In this document: positions 28,790-39,589 of the stretch, in pieces
How positions within the stretch are numbered: the first letter of the stretch is position 1
Layout: every line of letters starts with the position of its first letter
Source: an uncultured candidate division Zixibacteria bacterium
GTDB lineage: Bacteria; Zixibacteria; MSB-5A5; GN15; PGXB01
Reading direction: 5' to 3'
Length of the DNA: 64,000 nucleotides
Assembly (NCBI GenBank): GCA_963702205.1
Contig: OY969724.1
Coordinates: 3,456,001 to 3,520,000 of the forward strand
The notes under the pieces: generated by a model
What the model saw: only the letters and a program-made list of their open reading frames with translations
What the model was told of the DNA's origin: nothing
Database searches by the model: none
Program-made: the position numbers and the translations under genes

Positions 28790-29761
28790 ATGAAAAAAGG
28801 AATTGTACTCGCATCGGTCTTGATCCTGATGCTGGCTTTATCGTCGATGGCCCAGGCTCCCGATTCATTCGTCTATCAGGGCCGACTAACCGACGCCAGC
28901 GGTAACCCCATAGCGACCACGACGGCCGTGACTTTCAGATTATATACGGCCATAACCGAGGGCTCTCTGATTCACTCGTGGAACAATGTTTCCGTTTCGC
29001 CCGACGGCAACGGCGTCTTTGCCGCCGAGCTGACCAATATGGATCGAAACGATTTTGTCGCCGGCAACAAGCTTTACATCGAGCTCGTAATCGGCGGCAA
29101 TCCACTCACCCCTCGTCAGCTTCTTACTTCGGTGCCTTATGCTTACTCTGCTGAATATGTGGCAAATCTGGCTAATAATTCAGTAACCTCTGCGAATATA
29201 GTCAATAACAGTATTACATCGGTAGATGTTCTGGATGAGCCGGGAATTGCATATTCAATCAATGAAGGGAGTGCTTCGCTTGCCACGTCAATGACGGATA
29301 TCGTTACGGTTACTATTACGACTCCGGCCGCGGGATATATTGATGTTGAAGGTACCTGCTTTATCATGTTTTCCGGTACCACCGGCCCCAACCAGGCCAT
29401 ATTTCAAATCGATCAGACGGCTGGCGGAAGCTATATACTTAAACATGAAACGCGGGCCGGCCTCGATGCATATACAGTTTCAACCGATAATGTGTTTCCC
29501 GTTTATGCAACGAGATTATATAGCGTTGCAGCAGGCACTTATACCTTTAGATTGGAAGGCATGGCCCAACAGGGAGCTCCTGCATCAGCACTGGCTTGGT
29601 ATGGAAAGATTAAAGCTACGTACTTCCCGACAAGTTACGGCACAGTTGCAACCGCGGCTGAAAACAACAATGACAATAATGAGCAATCATATAACACTAA
29701 CATTAATCCGAATACAGGTTTAATCGATGAAGCCGTCCCAGCAGGTACTCAGGAGAAATAA
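28790..29761 (+). CDS. Secreted 'YQGRL' N-domain protein (tail-fibre-like family) with beta-rich C-terminal head
   Basis: Signal peptide; APDSFVYQGRLTDASGNP...YIELVIGGNPLTPRQLLTSVPYA, clearly homologous to the N-terminus of 52637-55039. Confidence 0.75.
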   Translation: MKKGIVLASVLILMLALSSMAQAPDSFVYQGRLTDASGNPIATTTAVTFRLYTAITEGSLIHSWNNVSVSPDGNGVFAAELTNMDRNDFVAGNKLYIELVIGGNPLTPRQLLTSVPYAYSAEYVANLANNSVTSANIVNNSITSVDVLDEPGIAYSINEGSASLATSMTDIVTVTITTPAAGYIDVEGTCFIMFSGTTGPNQAIFQIDQTAGGSYILKHETRAGLDAYTVSTDNVFPVYATRLYSVAAGTYTFRLEGMAQQGAPASALAWYGKIKATYFPTSYGTVATAAENNNDNNEQSYNTNINPNTGLIDEAVPAGTQEK

Positions 29762-29762
29762 A

Positions 29763-31358
29763 ATGAGAAAAACAAAATATCTCTTTTATATCCCAATACT
29801 CCTCTGCCTGCTGATCGCGATGGCTTCCGCGCAAACGACCTGGCAAATGCAAAATGACAATTTTGCCATAACGCCCGGTTCTCCCGTCGGCGGAGGCGGC
29901 ACCAGCACCTCTGCAGGATATATAGTTGTCGGTTCAGTCGGAGGAAGTGTCGCGGGTGCCTCGGTATCGGTCGGCCATTTTGCATCCGGCGGCGTTATGG
30001 CGGGCGCCTTTGCGCGAGCCGGAAGCATTGCCAGCCCCGTCGCCATGCCCGACGCCAGTTATCGCGTGATAGGCGTGCCGGTTAATATTCTGGGTGAGTG
30101 CGACGCCGACCACGTCCTCGCCGACGATCTCGGCGGCTACGATATCAAATACTGGCGCTTCGGACGCTATGATAACGGCGACGATGCAACCTATGAGCAC
30201 GGCTCCGGGTCGCTTCCGGACATAACCCCTGGCCTCGGATACTGGCTGATCGCCCGTGGCTCGAAGACAATCGACGCCACCGGTCTGCCGGTTATGCCCA
30301 ACGTCACCATTGGCAGCAATGATTATTATATTTCCGAATCTCCCGAACTGACCCTCGCCGTCGGCTGGCATCAACTTGCGAATCCGTTCGGGTTTGCCAT
30401 TAATTGGGCCGATGTCCGCTATAAATCGGGTATATCGATTCTCGGAGCCATGAGCGGCGTCGTGCAAGGTGGCGATATTTACATTTATCAGGATGGAAGC
30501 TGGACCACTCCTGATATTATTCCCGCTTGGGGTGGCTTCTTCGTTTATGTGATACCCGACGGAATTGAGCCTGTCTTCCCGTACTCGCCGGCAGTCGTTC
30601 TGGCCCCGTCAAGGAATAATACGCCGATCGCCTCCGTCTCCGAAGACAACTGGACCATCGACCTGGCTTTAAAAAACGGAACATGGGTCGACGCCGGAAA
30701 TCATGTCGGCGTGCGCAATACGGCCCAGGCCGGCTTGGATCATACCGACCTGCTCAAGCCTCCTCCGGCTCCAGGCATGCCGATGCTGGCCATGACCGTC
30801 GAAAACGAAAAACCGGCGCTTTCCGCCGATTACCGGCGACCGTTCAGCAGCGGCGACACCTGGCATTTGCGTTTCTCGGACGGTGAAAATCGAATACTTG
30901 TGCTGACCGGTCTCGATCAGATTCCAGGCGGTATGCAGGCCTGGCTTATTTTCGACGATGAAAACCGCGTTTCGCCGGTTGAGGGCGGCGAAATAATTCT
31001 TAAGGCCGAAACTAAAGGCGCCGAGCTTGTAATCGGAACCGAAGAATATCTCGCTTATCGGATTGGAGACCTGGTGCCCAAAGACTTCGCTCTGCACCAG
31101 AACTATCCCAACCCGTTCAACCCGACCACGACCATACGGTTCGATCTTCCAAACGAGGCCATGGTCCGGCTCGATATTTACAACATACTCGGCCGCAAAG
31201 TACAAACTTTGATCGATCAACCCATGCCGCCCGGCTATCACAGTGTCGACTGGGACGGCAGCGACAGCAATGGCCGCACTATCGCCAGCGGGATCTATTT
31301 CTATCGTCTGGCCGCGGGCGATACAGTCGCCAAAAGGAAAATGGTCCTGCTGAAATAA
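29763..31358 (+). CDS. Secreted protein with N-terminal Gly/Ser motif and C-terminal FlgD-Ig/T9SS type A-like sorting domain
   Basis: GGGTSTSAGYIVVGSVGG N-motif; FALHQNYPNPFNPTTTIRF...YNILGRKV...WDG...SGIYFYRL...KMVLLK. Confidence 0.85.
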   Translation: MRKTKYLFYIPILLCLLIAMASAQTTWQMQNDNFAITPGSPVGGGGTSTSAGYIVVGSVGGSVAGASVSVGHFASGGVMAGAFARAGSIASPVAMPDASYRVIGVPVNILGECDADHVLADDLGGYDIKYWRFGRYDNGDDATYEHGSGSLPDITPGLGYWLIARGSKTIDATGLPVMPNVTIGSNDYYISESPELTLAVGWHQLANPFGFAINWADVRYKSGISILGAMSGVVQGGDIYIYQDGSWTTPDIIPAWGGFFVYVIPDGIEPVFPYSPAVVLAPSRNNTPIASVSEDNWTIDLALKNGTWVDAGNHVGVRNTAQAGLDHTDLLKPPPAPGMPMLAMTVENEKPALSADYRRPFSSGDTWHLRFSDGENRILVLTGLDQIPGGMQAWLIFDDENRVSPVEGGEIILKAETKGAELVIGTEEYLAYRIGDLVPKDFALHQNYPNPFNPTTTIRFDLPNEAMVRLDIYNILGRKVQTLIDQPMPPGYHSVDWDGSDSNGRTIASGIYFYRLAAGDTVAKRKMVLLK

Positions 31359-31377
31359 TTCTCGAAATGTTCTGATT

Positions 31378-31409
31378 AAAACCCGGATCATCACCGACCC
31401 GGGTTTTTT
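31378..31409 (+). terminator. Intrinsic terminator
   Basis: AAAACCCGG...CCGGGTTTTTT. Confidence 0.65.
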
Positions 31410-31473
31410 ATTTGTAATGTTCCGTCAAGTGTTGATCCCCGCGCTGCCATTCAAAACTTGTTCGGAACAAAAA

Positions 31474-31516
31474 GTTCCGTCAGGTGCTGATCCCGACGAA
31501 GTCGGGATTGACACCT
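31474..31516. repeat. GTTC-family REP interrupted by IS110 (left part; right part GACGG at 32690-32694)
   Basis: GTTCCGTCAGGTGCTGATCCCGAC-GAA-GTCGGGATTGACACCT; joining it to GACGG restores the palindrome seen intact at 32720. Confidence 0.9.
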
Positions 31517-31564
31517 TGTATCTTTGCGTCTGTTTATATATTAGCTATACTTTGCATATAATTA

Positions 31565-32672
<1,108 letters not shown>

Positions 32673-32719
32673 CAAATTAGACAGTCGCTGACGGTCTTCC
32701 AATGCAATCCTTTCCTTAT

Positions 32720-32769
32720 GTTCCGTCAGGTGTTGATTCCGACGAGGTCGGAATTGTCACCTGACGGAA
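32720..32769. repeat. Intact GTTC-family REP
   Basis: GTTCCGTCAGGTGTTGATTCCGAC-GAG-GTCGGAATTGTCACCTGACGGAA. Confidence 0.88.
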
Positions 32770-32888
32770 TTCTTTAATTCACCGGAACTTCCAAAATTCA
32801 TTTGCAATTATAGCTTATATGGATATATTAAGTCTACATTACTTGCCGTAAAATGAACCTTCTTTTTCAACCCAATGAGGGAATAAAC

Positions 32889-34289
32889 ATGTTTAAAAGA
32901 ATCTTATCGACGGCCGTTTTATTTTCGGCCATTCTCGGTCTCCTGGCAGCCGGTGCCTCGGGCGGTACCAACGCGACGGCGCTGACCACCGTACGCGTCG
33001 CCAACGGCCTGACCAAACCCGTGTTCGTCTGCGCCGCCCCGGGGGACACACAAAGATTGTTCATCGTCGAACAGGACGGCAAGATCAAAATCCTCGAAGG
33101 CGGCGCGGTCCTGACCCGTCCGTTTCTGGACATTTCCGACATCGTCGGTTCCAGCGGCAATGAACAGGGTCTGCTCAGCCTGGCCTTCCACCCCCTCTAC
33201 CAATCCAACGGATTCTTCTACGTCGATTACACCGACACCAACGGTGATACCCATGTGTCGCGTTTTCAGGTTTCAACCGATCCCGACAGCGCCGACGCCT
33301 CCAGCGAATTCAACCTGCTTTTTGTCGACCAGCCTTTCTCCAATCATAACGGCGGCTTGCTGGCTTTCGGACCCAATGACGGCTATTTGTACATCGGGTT
33401 CGGCGACGGCGGTTCCGGCGGCGATCCCGGCAACCGCGCTCAGACCGACAGCACCTTTTTGGGGAAGATACTCAGAATCGACGTCGACGGCGGTACACCG
33501 TACGGTATCCCGCCGACCAATCCCTTTGTGGGCAACCCTTCAGTCCCCGATGAATTCTGGGCCAAGGGCGTGCGCAATCCCTGGCGTTTCAGCTTCGATG
33601 CTGCCACCGGCGATTTGTACATCGGCGACGTCGGTCAGAACAACTGGGAGGAAGTCGATTTCCAACCGGCTTCCAGCCCCGGGGGTCTGAATTTCGGCTG
33701 GCACTGTTACGAAGGCAATCACGATTACAACACAACCGGTTGTTCGACGCCCGATAACTACACCTTCCCCATTACCGAATACGGCCACGGCCCGGAATGT
33801 TCGATCACCGGCGGTTATGTCTATCGCGGCTGCGCCATCCCCGACCTTCAGGGAACATATTTTTACGCCGATTATTGTTCTGCCGAAATTTGGTCGTTTC
33901 GTTATGACGGCGCGAACCTGACCGAATTCACAAACCGCACCAGCGAACTCGCACCGGGGAGCGGGCAGGATATAACCGGCATCTCCTCTTTCGGTGAAGA
34001 CACCTACGGAGAGCTTTATATTTGTGACCTGTCCGACGGCGAAGTTTTCAAAATCGTCCCGGACGGCGTCGCTTCGGCCTGCGGCTTCGTCTGCGGCGAC
34101 GCCAACAGCGATGATGCCGTCAACCTGCTCGACATCCTCTTTCTGATCGACGGCATATACGGCGAAGGTCCCGATCCGCTGGTTTTCAATGCCGCCGACG
34201 TCACCAACGACGGCAATCTAAACCTGCTCGATATTCTGGCCCTCATCGAATACAAATATGGCGACGGCACTCCTCTGAACTGCCCGTAA
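32889..34289 (+). CDS. PQQ-dependent glucose/sorbosone dehydrogenase-family protein with C-terminal dockerin
   Basis: Signal peptide; EQGLLSLAFHP, NHNGG, GDGG, GVRNPWR, GDVG, EEVD; dockerin. Confidence 0.9.
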   Translation: MFKRILSTAVLFSAILGLLAAGASGGTNATALTTVRVANGLTKPVFVCAAPGDTQRLFIVEQDGKIKILEGGAVLTRPFLDISDIVGSSGNEQGLLSLAFHPLYQSNGFFYVDYTDTNGDTHVSRFQVSTDPDSADASSEFNLLFVDQPFSNHNGGLLAFGPNDGYLYIGFGDGGSGGDPGNRAQTDSTFLGKILRIDVDGGTPYGIPPTNPFVGNPSVPDEFWAKGVRNPWRFSFDAATGDLYIGDVGQNNWEEVDFQPASSPGGLNFGWHCYEGNHDYNTTGCSTPDNYTFPITEYGHGPECSITGGYVYRGCAIPDLQGTYFYADYCSAEIWSFRYDGANLTEFTNRTSELAPGSGQDITGISSFGEDTYGELYICDLSDGEVFKIVPDGVASACGFVCGDANSDDAVNLLDILFLIDGIYGEGPDPLVFNAADVTNDGNLNLLDILALIEYKYGDGTPLNCP

Positions 34290-34368
34290 AAAATTATATC
34301 CGGCAATTGCCGGTCAGGCCCGGAATTGTTATTATGGTATCGGATAACGAAACCGGGCTTTTTATTTT

Positions 34369-35283
34369 ATGCTTATATCCGACTCGATAAAAAATATTGC
34401 TCTCGCACTCGGCGCCGATGCAGTCGGGATTGCCGAAGCCGCGCCTGTTACACGCCGCGAGGAATTCCTGACGTGGCTCGATGCCGGTTATGCCGGTGAG
34501 ATGGACTATCTGCATAAATATAAAGGCGAGCGCTTCGATCCCCGCGTTTTATTGCCGGGCGCCAAGTCGATAATTGTTATCGGCGTCAATTATTTTCAGG
34601 GTGATGAACCTAAAGTCGAAAGAAAATTCAAAGTTGCCCGATATGCCCGCCGCCACGATTACCATCACGTCCTGCGCAAAATGCTCAAACGCCTCCGCCG
34701 TCATCTGAAGGAGCTCTCCCCCGGTCTGAAAGGCCGCATATGCGTCGATACGGCTCCCTTCATGGATAAATACTGGGCTCAAAAAGCCGGTCTCGGCTGG
34801 CAGGGACGCCACACTAACCTCGTCTCCCGCGAGTTCGGAAGCTGGCTGTTGCTCGGGAGCCTGATTATTACCGAAGAAGTCGATTCCTATGACCAGCCCG
34901 AAATCGACCATTGCGGCCGCTGCCAGCGCTGCGTCGTTTCCTGCCCCACCCAGGCGATCTTTAAACCTTACCGCCTCGACGCCACCCGCTGCATCAGCTA
35001 CTGGACCATTGAGTCGCAAGCGCCGGAAATCGACCCGGACGTTGCCGAGCGCATGGACAACCAGATTTTCGGCTGCGACATCTGCCTGGACGTCTGTCCC
35101 TTCAATAAATTCGAGAAACCGGGCGCACTCGACGCGCTCGCGACCGATCCAAACGTCGACTTGATCGAAAACGACCGTTTAGACGAGCTGGACTCCGACG
35201 GCTTCGACAATATATTCGGCCGCACCCCTCTGTCGCGAGCCGGGTTCGACGGCCTTAAAAAAAACCGAAAAGCCCTTAAATGA
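34369..35283 (+). CDS. queG: tRNA epoxyqueuosine(34) reductase
   Basis: WLDAGYAGEMDYL, YARRHDYH, VDTAP, CGRCQRCVVSCPT, CISYWTIE, FGCDICLDVCPFN. Confidence 0.93.
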   Translation: MLISDSIKNIALALGADAVGIAEAAPVTRREEFLTWLDAGYAGEMDYLHKYKGERFDPRVLLPGAKSIIVIGVNYFQGDEPKVERKFKVARYARRHDYHHVLRKMLKRLRRHLKELSPGLKGRICVDTAPFMDKYWAQKAGLGWQGRHTNLVSREFGSWLLLGSLIITEEVDSYDQPEIDHCGRCQRCVVSCPTQAIFKPYRLDATRCISYWTIESQAPEIDPDVAERMDNQIFGCDICLDVCPFNKFEKPGALDALATDPNVDLIENDRLDELDSDGFDNIFGRTPLSRAGFDGLKKNRKALK

Positions 35284-35321
35284 TCGCGATTAAAATACGT
35301 ATCTTATTGATGCGACAGTAC

Positions 35322-35350
35322 TTGACAAGTGCGGGTTGATTGCGTATAAT
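35322..35350 (+). promoter_or_regulatory. Consensus sigma70 promoter
   Basis: TTGACA-17 nt-TATAAT. Confidence 0.65.
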
Positions 35351-35611
35351 ATATAAAATTATTACACGCGGGATATACTACTTTAGGGTTACTCTAAACC
35401 ACCCGTCTGCAAAGAAAAATGTTTAAAAGACTTAAATAAGCGGAAGCGAATTTATCATGCATCACTATGGTGCATTTTTCGGCTGTGATTGAAAAGCAGT
35501 CGGTTGGATAAAACAAATTACTGCTTGACGTTCTGCAAATTAAGTATTGCGCTTTACGACGATATTACACCACACCGTCCATAAGCAAAATTCCGGAACG
35601 TCTGCGGAACC

Positions 35612-35646
35612 CGGCGAGAGATTGCAGACCTCTCGCCGTTTTATTT
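35612..35646 (+). terminator. Intrinsic terminator-like hairpin
   Basis: CGGCGAGAG-attgcagac-CTCTCGCCG-TTTTATTT. Confidence 0.65.
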
Positions 35647-35730
35647 ATAACGTTTTGAAACCTATTTTGATCAATTTTCGTTAAAAAAGATATTATAAAT
35701 CCATTTTCAATCCACGCGCAAGGAGGCCTC

Positions 35731-36316
35731 ATGCCCGAGCAGACTTTATCCGAAATCGATGGAAAAATCGAACGGCTCGAAGAACAACTGAAGGCGACCC
35801 ACCGGCAATTGGCCGAACTTCGACGCAGCCGCCCGCCCGAACCGGTGGGTGAATACACCCTTTATAATCCCGACAAAACACCGGTCAGACTTTCCGAACT
35901 GTTCGGAGATAAAAACGATTTGATTCTCATTCACAATATGGGCCAAGGGTGTCCGTACCTGTACCCTCTGGGCCGACGGATTCAACGGCGTGCATCAGCA
36001 CCTCGAAAACCGGGCGGCGTTTGCGCTCGTGTCCCACGACGCTCCCGGCGTCCTGAAAGAATTCTCATCCGGTCGCGGCTGGAAATTCCGCACTCTGTCC
36101 AATAACGGCGGGACTTTCACCGCCGACATGGGCTTCGAAAGCGATCAAGGGAGGCCCCAGCCGGGTATGTCCACTTTTCATCGGAACGCCGACGGCAAAA
36201 TCTTCCGCGTGGCCCACAGCTATTTCGGACCCGGCGACGATTTCTGTTCACTGTGGCACATGTTCGATCTCCTCAATGGCGGCGTCGGCGATTGGCAGCC
36301 CAAATTGAAATACTGA
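35731..36316 (+). pseudogene. DUF899 (thioredoxin-like) protein split by a +1 frameshift (or sequencing error)
   Basis: Removing one C at 35958-35959 joins ORFs 35731 and 35990 into ...HNMGQGCPYCTLWADGFNGVHQHLENRAAF... Confidence 0.8.
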
Positions 36317-36431
36317 TACCTGGAGCATTCGGTGTCACGAGGCAAACCTTTTCGGGTAATAATTTCTTTGACTCAAAGTCATGACAGATTTAATTTATAG
36401 CAGAAGGCAAATAATTTCCGGAGCTAAACCA

Positions 36432-36893
36432 ATGATTTCGTTGCGCGATGTAACCCCTGACAATTTTGATGCCGTAGTGGCCTTGAAAGTCGCCCCCGGT
36501 CAGGAAGGCCTATGCAGCACCGTGACCGAGTCGCTGGCACGAGCCTTTTTGCGCATCGACGGCCCGCAGTACACATATATGCCCAAGGCCGTTTACTTCG
36601 ATAACGAACCGATCGGTTTTATTATGATCATATACGATCCGGGGAGCACCGATGATTACTGGCTGTCCGGCGAAGTCATCGACAGAAAATACCAGGGAAT
36701 GGGCCACGCCAAGGGTGCGATAATTGCGGTTATTGAACTGATCAAAGACCGACTGACCAACTGCCGGATGCTTAACATATCCTGCCACCCAGATAACCAG
36801 AGAGTTATCAACATGGCCACCTCTCTCGGATTCGCCGCGACCGGTGAGGACAGAAATAACGAAATCGTATACCGCATGGATTTGCGAAATTAG
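36432..36893 (+). CDS. GNAT N-acetyltransferase (spermidine acetyltransferase-like)
   Basis: ISLRDVTPDNFDAVVALKV, IDRKYQGMGHA acetyl-CoA motif, CHPDN. Confidence 0.8.
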   Translation: MISLRDVTPDNFDAVVALKVAPGQEGLCSTVTESLARAFLRIDGPQYTYMPKAVYFDNEPIGFIMIIYDPGSTDDYWLSGEVIDRKYQGMGHAKGAIIAVIELIKDRLTNCRMLNISCHPDNQRVINMATSLGFAATGEDRNNEIVYRMDLRN

Positions 36894-36938
36894 GTAAATT
36901 ATAAAATCCCAATATCTTATCTCTCAAAGGAGTAACTC

Positions 36939-37430
36939 ATGTCAAAAAAAACAATTGTGATCCTCGGTCTGGCACTTTTGGCTCTTGGCCTGGCCGGACC
37001 GTCGGTGCACGCGCAAAGCAAGCCGGTGCAACTGTCGCTGCTGGCCCCGATTCAGCTTTTCAACGAAAAGCAGCCCATATCGGGCATACGGCTTAGCCTT
37101 TTCTACGGCAAAAACGTGGCGGTCACCGGGCTGGATTACGGCCTTGTTAACCATACCACGACCGGCAAATTTGCCGGAGCCCAGTTCGGCCTGGTCGGTC
37201 TGGCCGACTCGCGCTTTGTGGGATTCCAGAACAATTTCATCAATGTTGCCAAGCAGGATTTCGAGGGCTTCCAATGGGGTTTCGTGAACCATGCCCATTA
37301 CGCCAACGGCTTTCAACTGGGCGTCGTCAACTATGCCGGAAGCATGAAAGGACTTCAGATTGGACTGGTCAATATAATCGGACAGGGCGGCCAATTTCCG
37401 GTTTTCCCGATTATCAACTGGTCATTTTAG
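36939..37430 (+). CDS. Secreted GxQxGxVN-repeat (LA_2272-like) protein
   Basis: Signal peptide; repeated G(A/F/L)QxGxVN; C-terminal PIINWSF. Confidence 0.8.
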   Translation: MSKKTIVILGLALLALGLAGPSVHAQSKPVQLSLLAPIQLFNEKQPISGIRLSLFYGKNVAVTGLDYGLVNHTTTGKFAGAQFGLVGLADSRFVGFQNNFINVAKQDFEGFQWGFVNHAHYANGFQLGVVNYAGSMKGLQIGLVNIIGQGGQFPVFPIINWSF

Positions 37431-37472
37431 TAATTAAAATGTTTGGCACTACTTGCCATAAACGCTTTTCAA

Positions 37473-37702
37473 TGTCATGCCCGCGAAAGCGGGCATCCAG
37501 CTCTTAGCTCTTTGTAGTCAGGAGCCGTGCCGCAGGTCCTGAGCCTTGCGTTGGGCGCTCCTGACGCTTTAAATATTACACACAATGGAAAACAACTCTT
37601 CGTAGGTCGGGGGACGAAAAAACCCGACATCTTGATCCGACAGTGCAACCAACGTTCCGTCATGTCCTGCTTCGCGATTTATCCCGGAGCATGACATGAC
37701 GG
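37473..37702. repeat. Cluster of four REP-like palindromes from different families
   Basis: TGTCATGCCCGCGAAAGCGGGCATCC (37473); GTAGTCAGGAGC..GCTCCTGAC (37514); GTAGGTCGGG..CCCGAC (37602); GTTCCGTCATGTC..GACATGACGG (37654). Confidence 0.75.
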
Positions 37703-37710
37703 TTTTTCAT

Positions 37711-38949
37711 TCATTTCCTGGTCCGCTGCACCAGCGGTTTAATCGTCAAACCCTGCACCAAAATAGAGAAAATTACAATTATATATGTGATCGACACGAT
37801 CAAATCCCGTTCGGCCCCACCTGCCAAAGACAGCGCCAGCGCAATCGAAATACCGCCCCTTAACCCCCCCCACGTAAGAATCGTGATGGCCCGGTCGCTG
37901 AACTCCTGCGTATACTTAAAGGCATGCACTACCGTCGAGACCGAAACCAGCCGGGCCAGAAGGATTACCGGGATCGCCAGGAGACCCGCGAAAAGATTAT
38001 CCCGTCCGAAAACCAGGACCAGCATTTCGAACCCGATCCAGACAAACAATACGGCGTTCAATATTTCATCGACCAGATTCCAGAATTTGTCGAGATGATC
38101 TCGCGTCTTTTCGGACATCGCAAACGCCCGGCCGTAATTGCCGATCAACAGGCCTGCCACGACCACCGCGATCGGTCCGGAGGTTTGAATCTGTCTGGCC
38201 AGAGCGTAGCCGCCACATACCAGAGCCAGTGTCAATAATACCTCGACCGAATGGTCGTCGACTTTCTTCAACAGCCGGTACGCTATATATCCAATGACCA
38301 CCCCGAAAACCACTCCGCCGAGAGCTTCCTCGATAAACAATAGCGCCACGTCGCCGATCGAGATCCCGTGCCCCGCGCCTTCAGCGGCCAGACTGACCAG
38401 CACGACAAAAACCACCACCCCGACTCCATCGTTGAACAGCGATTCCCCGGCGATTTTCGTTTCCAGTCTTTTGGGAGCACCGACCGATTTTAGCACCGCG
38501 AGAACCGCCACCGGGTCGGTCGGGGAAATCAAGGCTCCGAAAATAAGGCAGTATATATATGACATCGACAGCCCCACAATTCGGAATATATAGTACATCG
38601 CCGTCCCGATAAAGAAGGTCGATATGATTACACCCACCGTGGCCAGAGCCGTCACCACCCACTTTTCCCGGGCCAGATCGTTAAGGTTTATCTTAAGCGC
38701 CCCGGCAAAAAGCAAAAACGACAGCATCCCCTGCATGAGGGCGTCGCTGAAATTGATATTACCGAGGAATTTCTCGGCCGGAGTCCGAAGATCAATCCCC
38801 AATGCGTCGATCAACAGTACCAGAAGCGACATGCCCAGCCCGATCACCATCAGTCCGATCGTCGACGGCAGCTTTATATAACGGTAATTGATATATCCGG
38901 CCAGCGCGGCCAGGGTGATAAAGACGGCGATTATCGAAAAAATACTCAT
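37711..38949 (-). CDS. CPA1-family Na+/H+ antiporter (NhaP-like)
   Basis: ISPTDPVAV, GESLFNDG, WGGLRGGIS; about 12 TM helices; start MSIFSII preferred. Confidence 0.92.
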   Translation of the reverse strand: MSIFSIIAVFITLAALAGYINYRYIKLPSTIGLMVIGLGMSLLVLLIDALGIDLRTPAEKFLGNINFSDALMQGMLSFLLFAGALKINLNDLAREKWVVTALATVGVIISTFFIGTAMYYIFRIVGLSMSYIYCLIFGALISPTDPVAVLAVLKSVGAPKRLETKIAGESLFNDGVGVVVFVVLVSLAAEGAGHGISIGDVALLFIEEALGGVVFGVVIGYIAYRLLKKVDDHSVEVLLTLALVCGGYALARQIQTSGPIAVVVAGLLIGNYGRAFAMSEKTRDHLDKFWNLVDEILNAVLFVWIGFEMLVLVFGRDNLFAGLLAIPVILLARLVSVSTVVHAFKYTQEFSDRAITILTWGGLRGGISIALALSLAGGAERDLIVSITYIIVIFSILVQGLTIKPLVQRTRK

Positions 38950-39112
38950 CCCGAATTTGTAAAATCCCTCTCGTTTTATTGTAGCCAAAATACTACCGTT
39001 TGATTTTGTTGACAACAAATGATTTTTCGGAACTATACCACCCTATATCGGTTTATGGATATAAATCGACACGATAGTGCAGCAATCGCTTTATAAAATT
39101 AAGGAGTCACGC

Positions 39113-39589
39113 ATGAATCAGGATGCGCGCAAAGTTTTACGCAAACTCGAATACGGTGTTTACATCGTAACCATGGGCCGGGGCCAGTCCGGCAACGCCC
39201 TGACCGCCAGCTGGCTAACCCAGGTAAGTTCCGAACCGCCGATGATCGCGCTGGCCGTCAAATCCAGCCACCAGTCTGCGCAGCTGATCGCCGACACCGG
39301 CAACTTTGTCGTCAACCTGATCGCTGAAGGTCAGGAAGAATTCGCCAAGACGTTTTATGGCCCCGCCGAATCGGGGTATAAAAAGCTCGACGGGGCGACC
39401 GTCACCGACTCGCCCGCATCAAGCTCACCGGTCCTGAGCGGAGCGGCAGGATACCTCGACTGCAAAGTCGTCAACAAACTCGAGGTCGGCAACCACGTCC
39501 TTTTCATCGCCGAAGTATCAGCCGCCTCGCTCGATTCCGACGGCTCTATTCTGACTACGGCCAACAGCAAACTGCATTACGCCGGTTGA
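39113..39589 (+). CDS. Flavin reductase-like protein
   Basis: LEYGVYIVT, SWLTQVSSEPP, GNHVLFIAEV. Confidence 0.9.
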   Translation: MNQDARKVLRKLEYGVYIVTMGRGQSGNALTASWLTQVSSEPPMIALAVKSSHQSAQLIADTGNFVVNLIAEGQEEFAKTFYGPAESGYKKLDGATVTDSPASSSPVLSGAAGYLDCKVVNKLEVGNHVLFIAEVSAASLDSDGSILTTANSKLHYAG

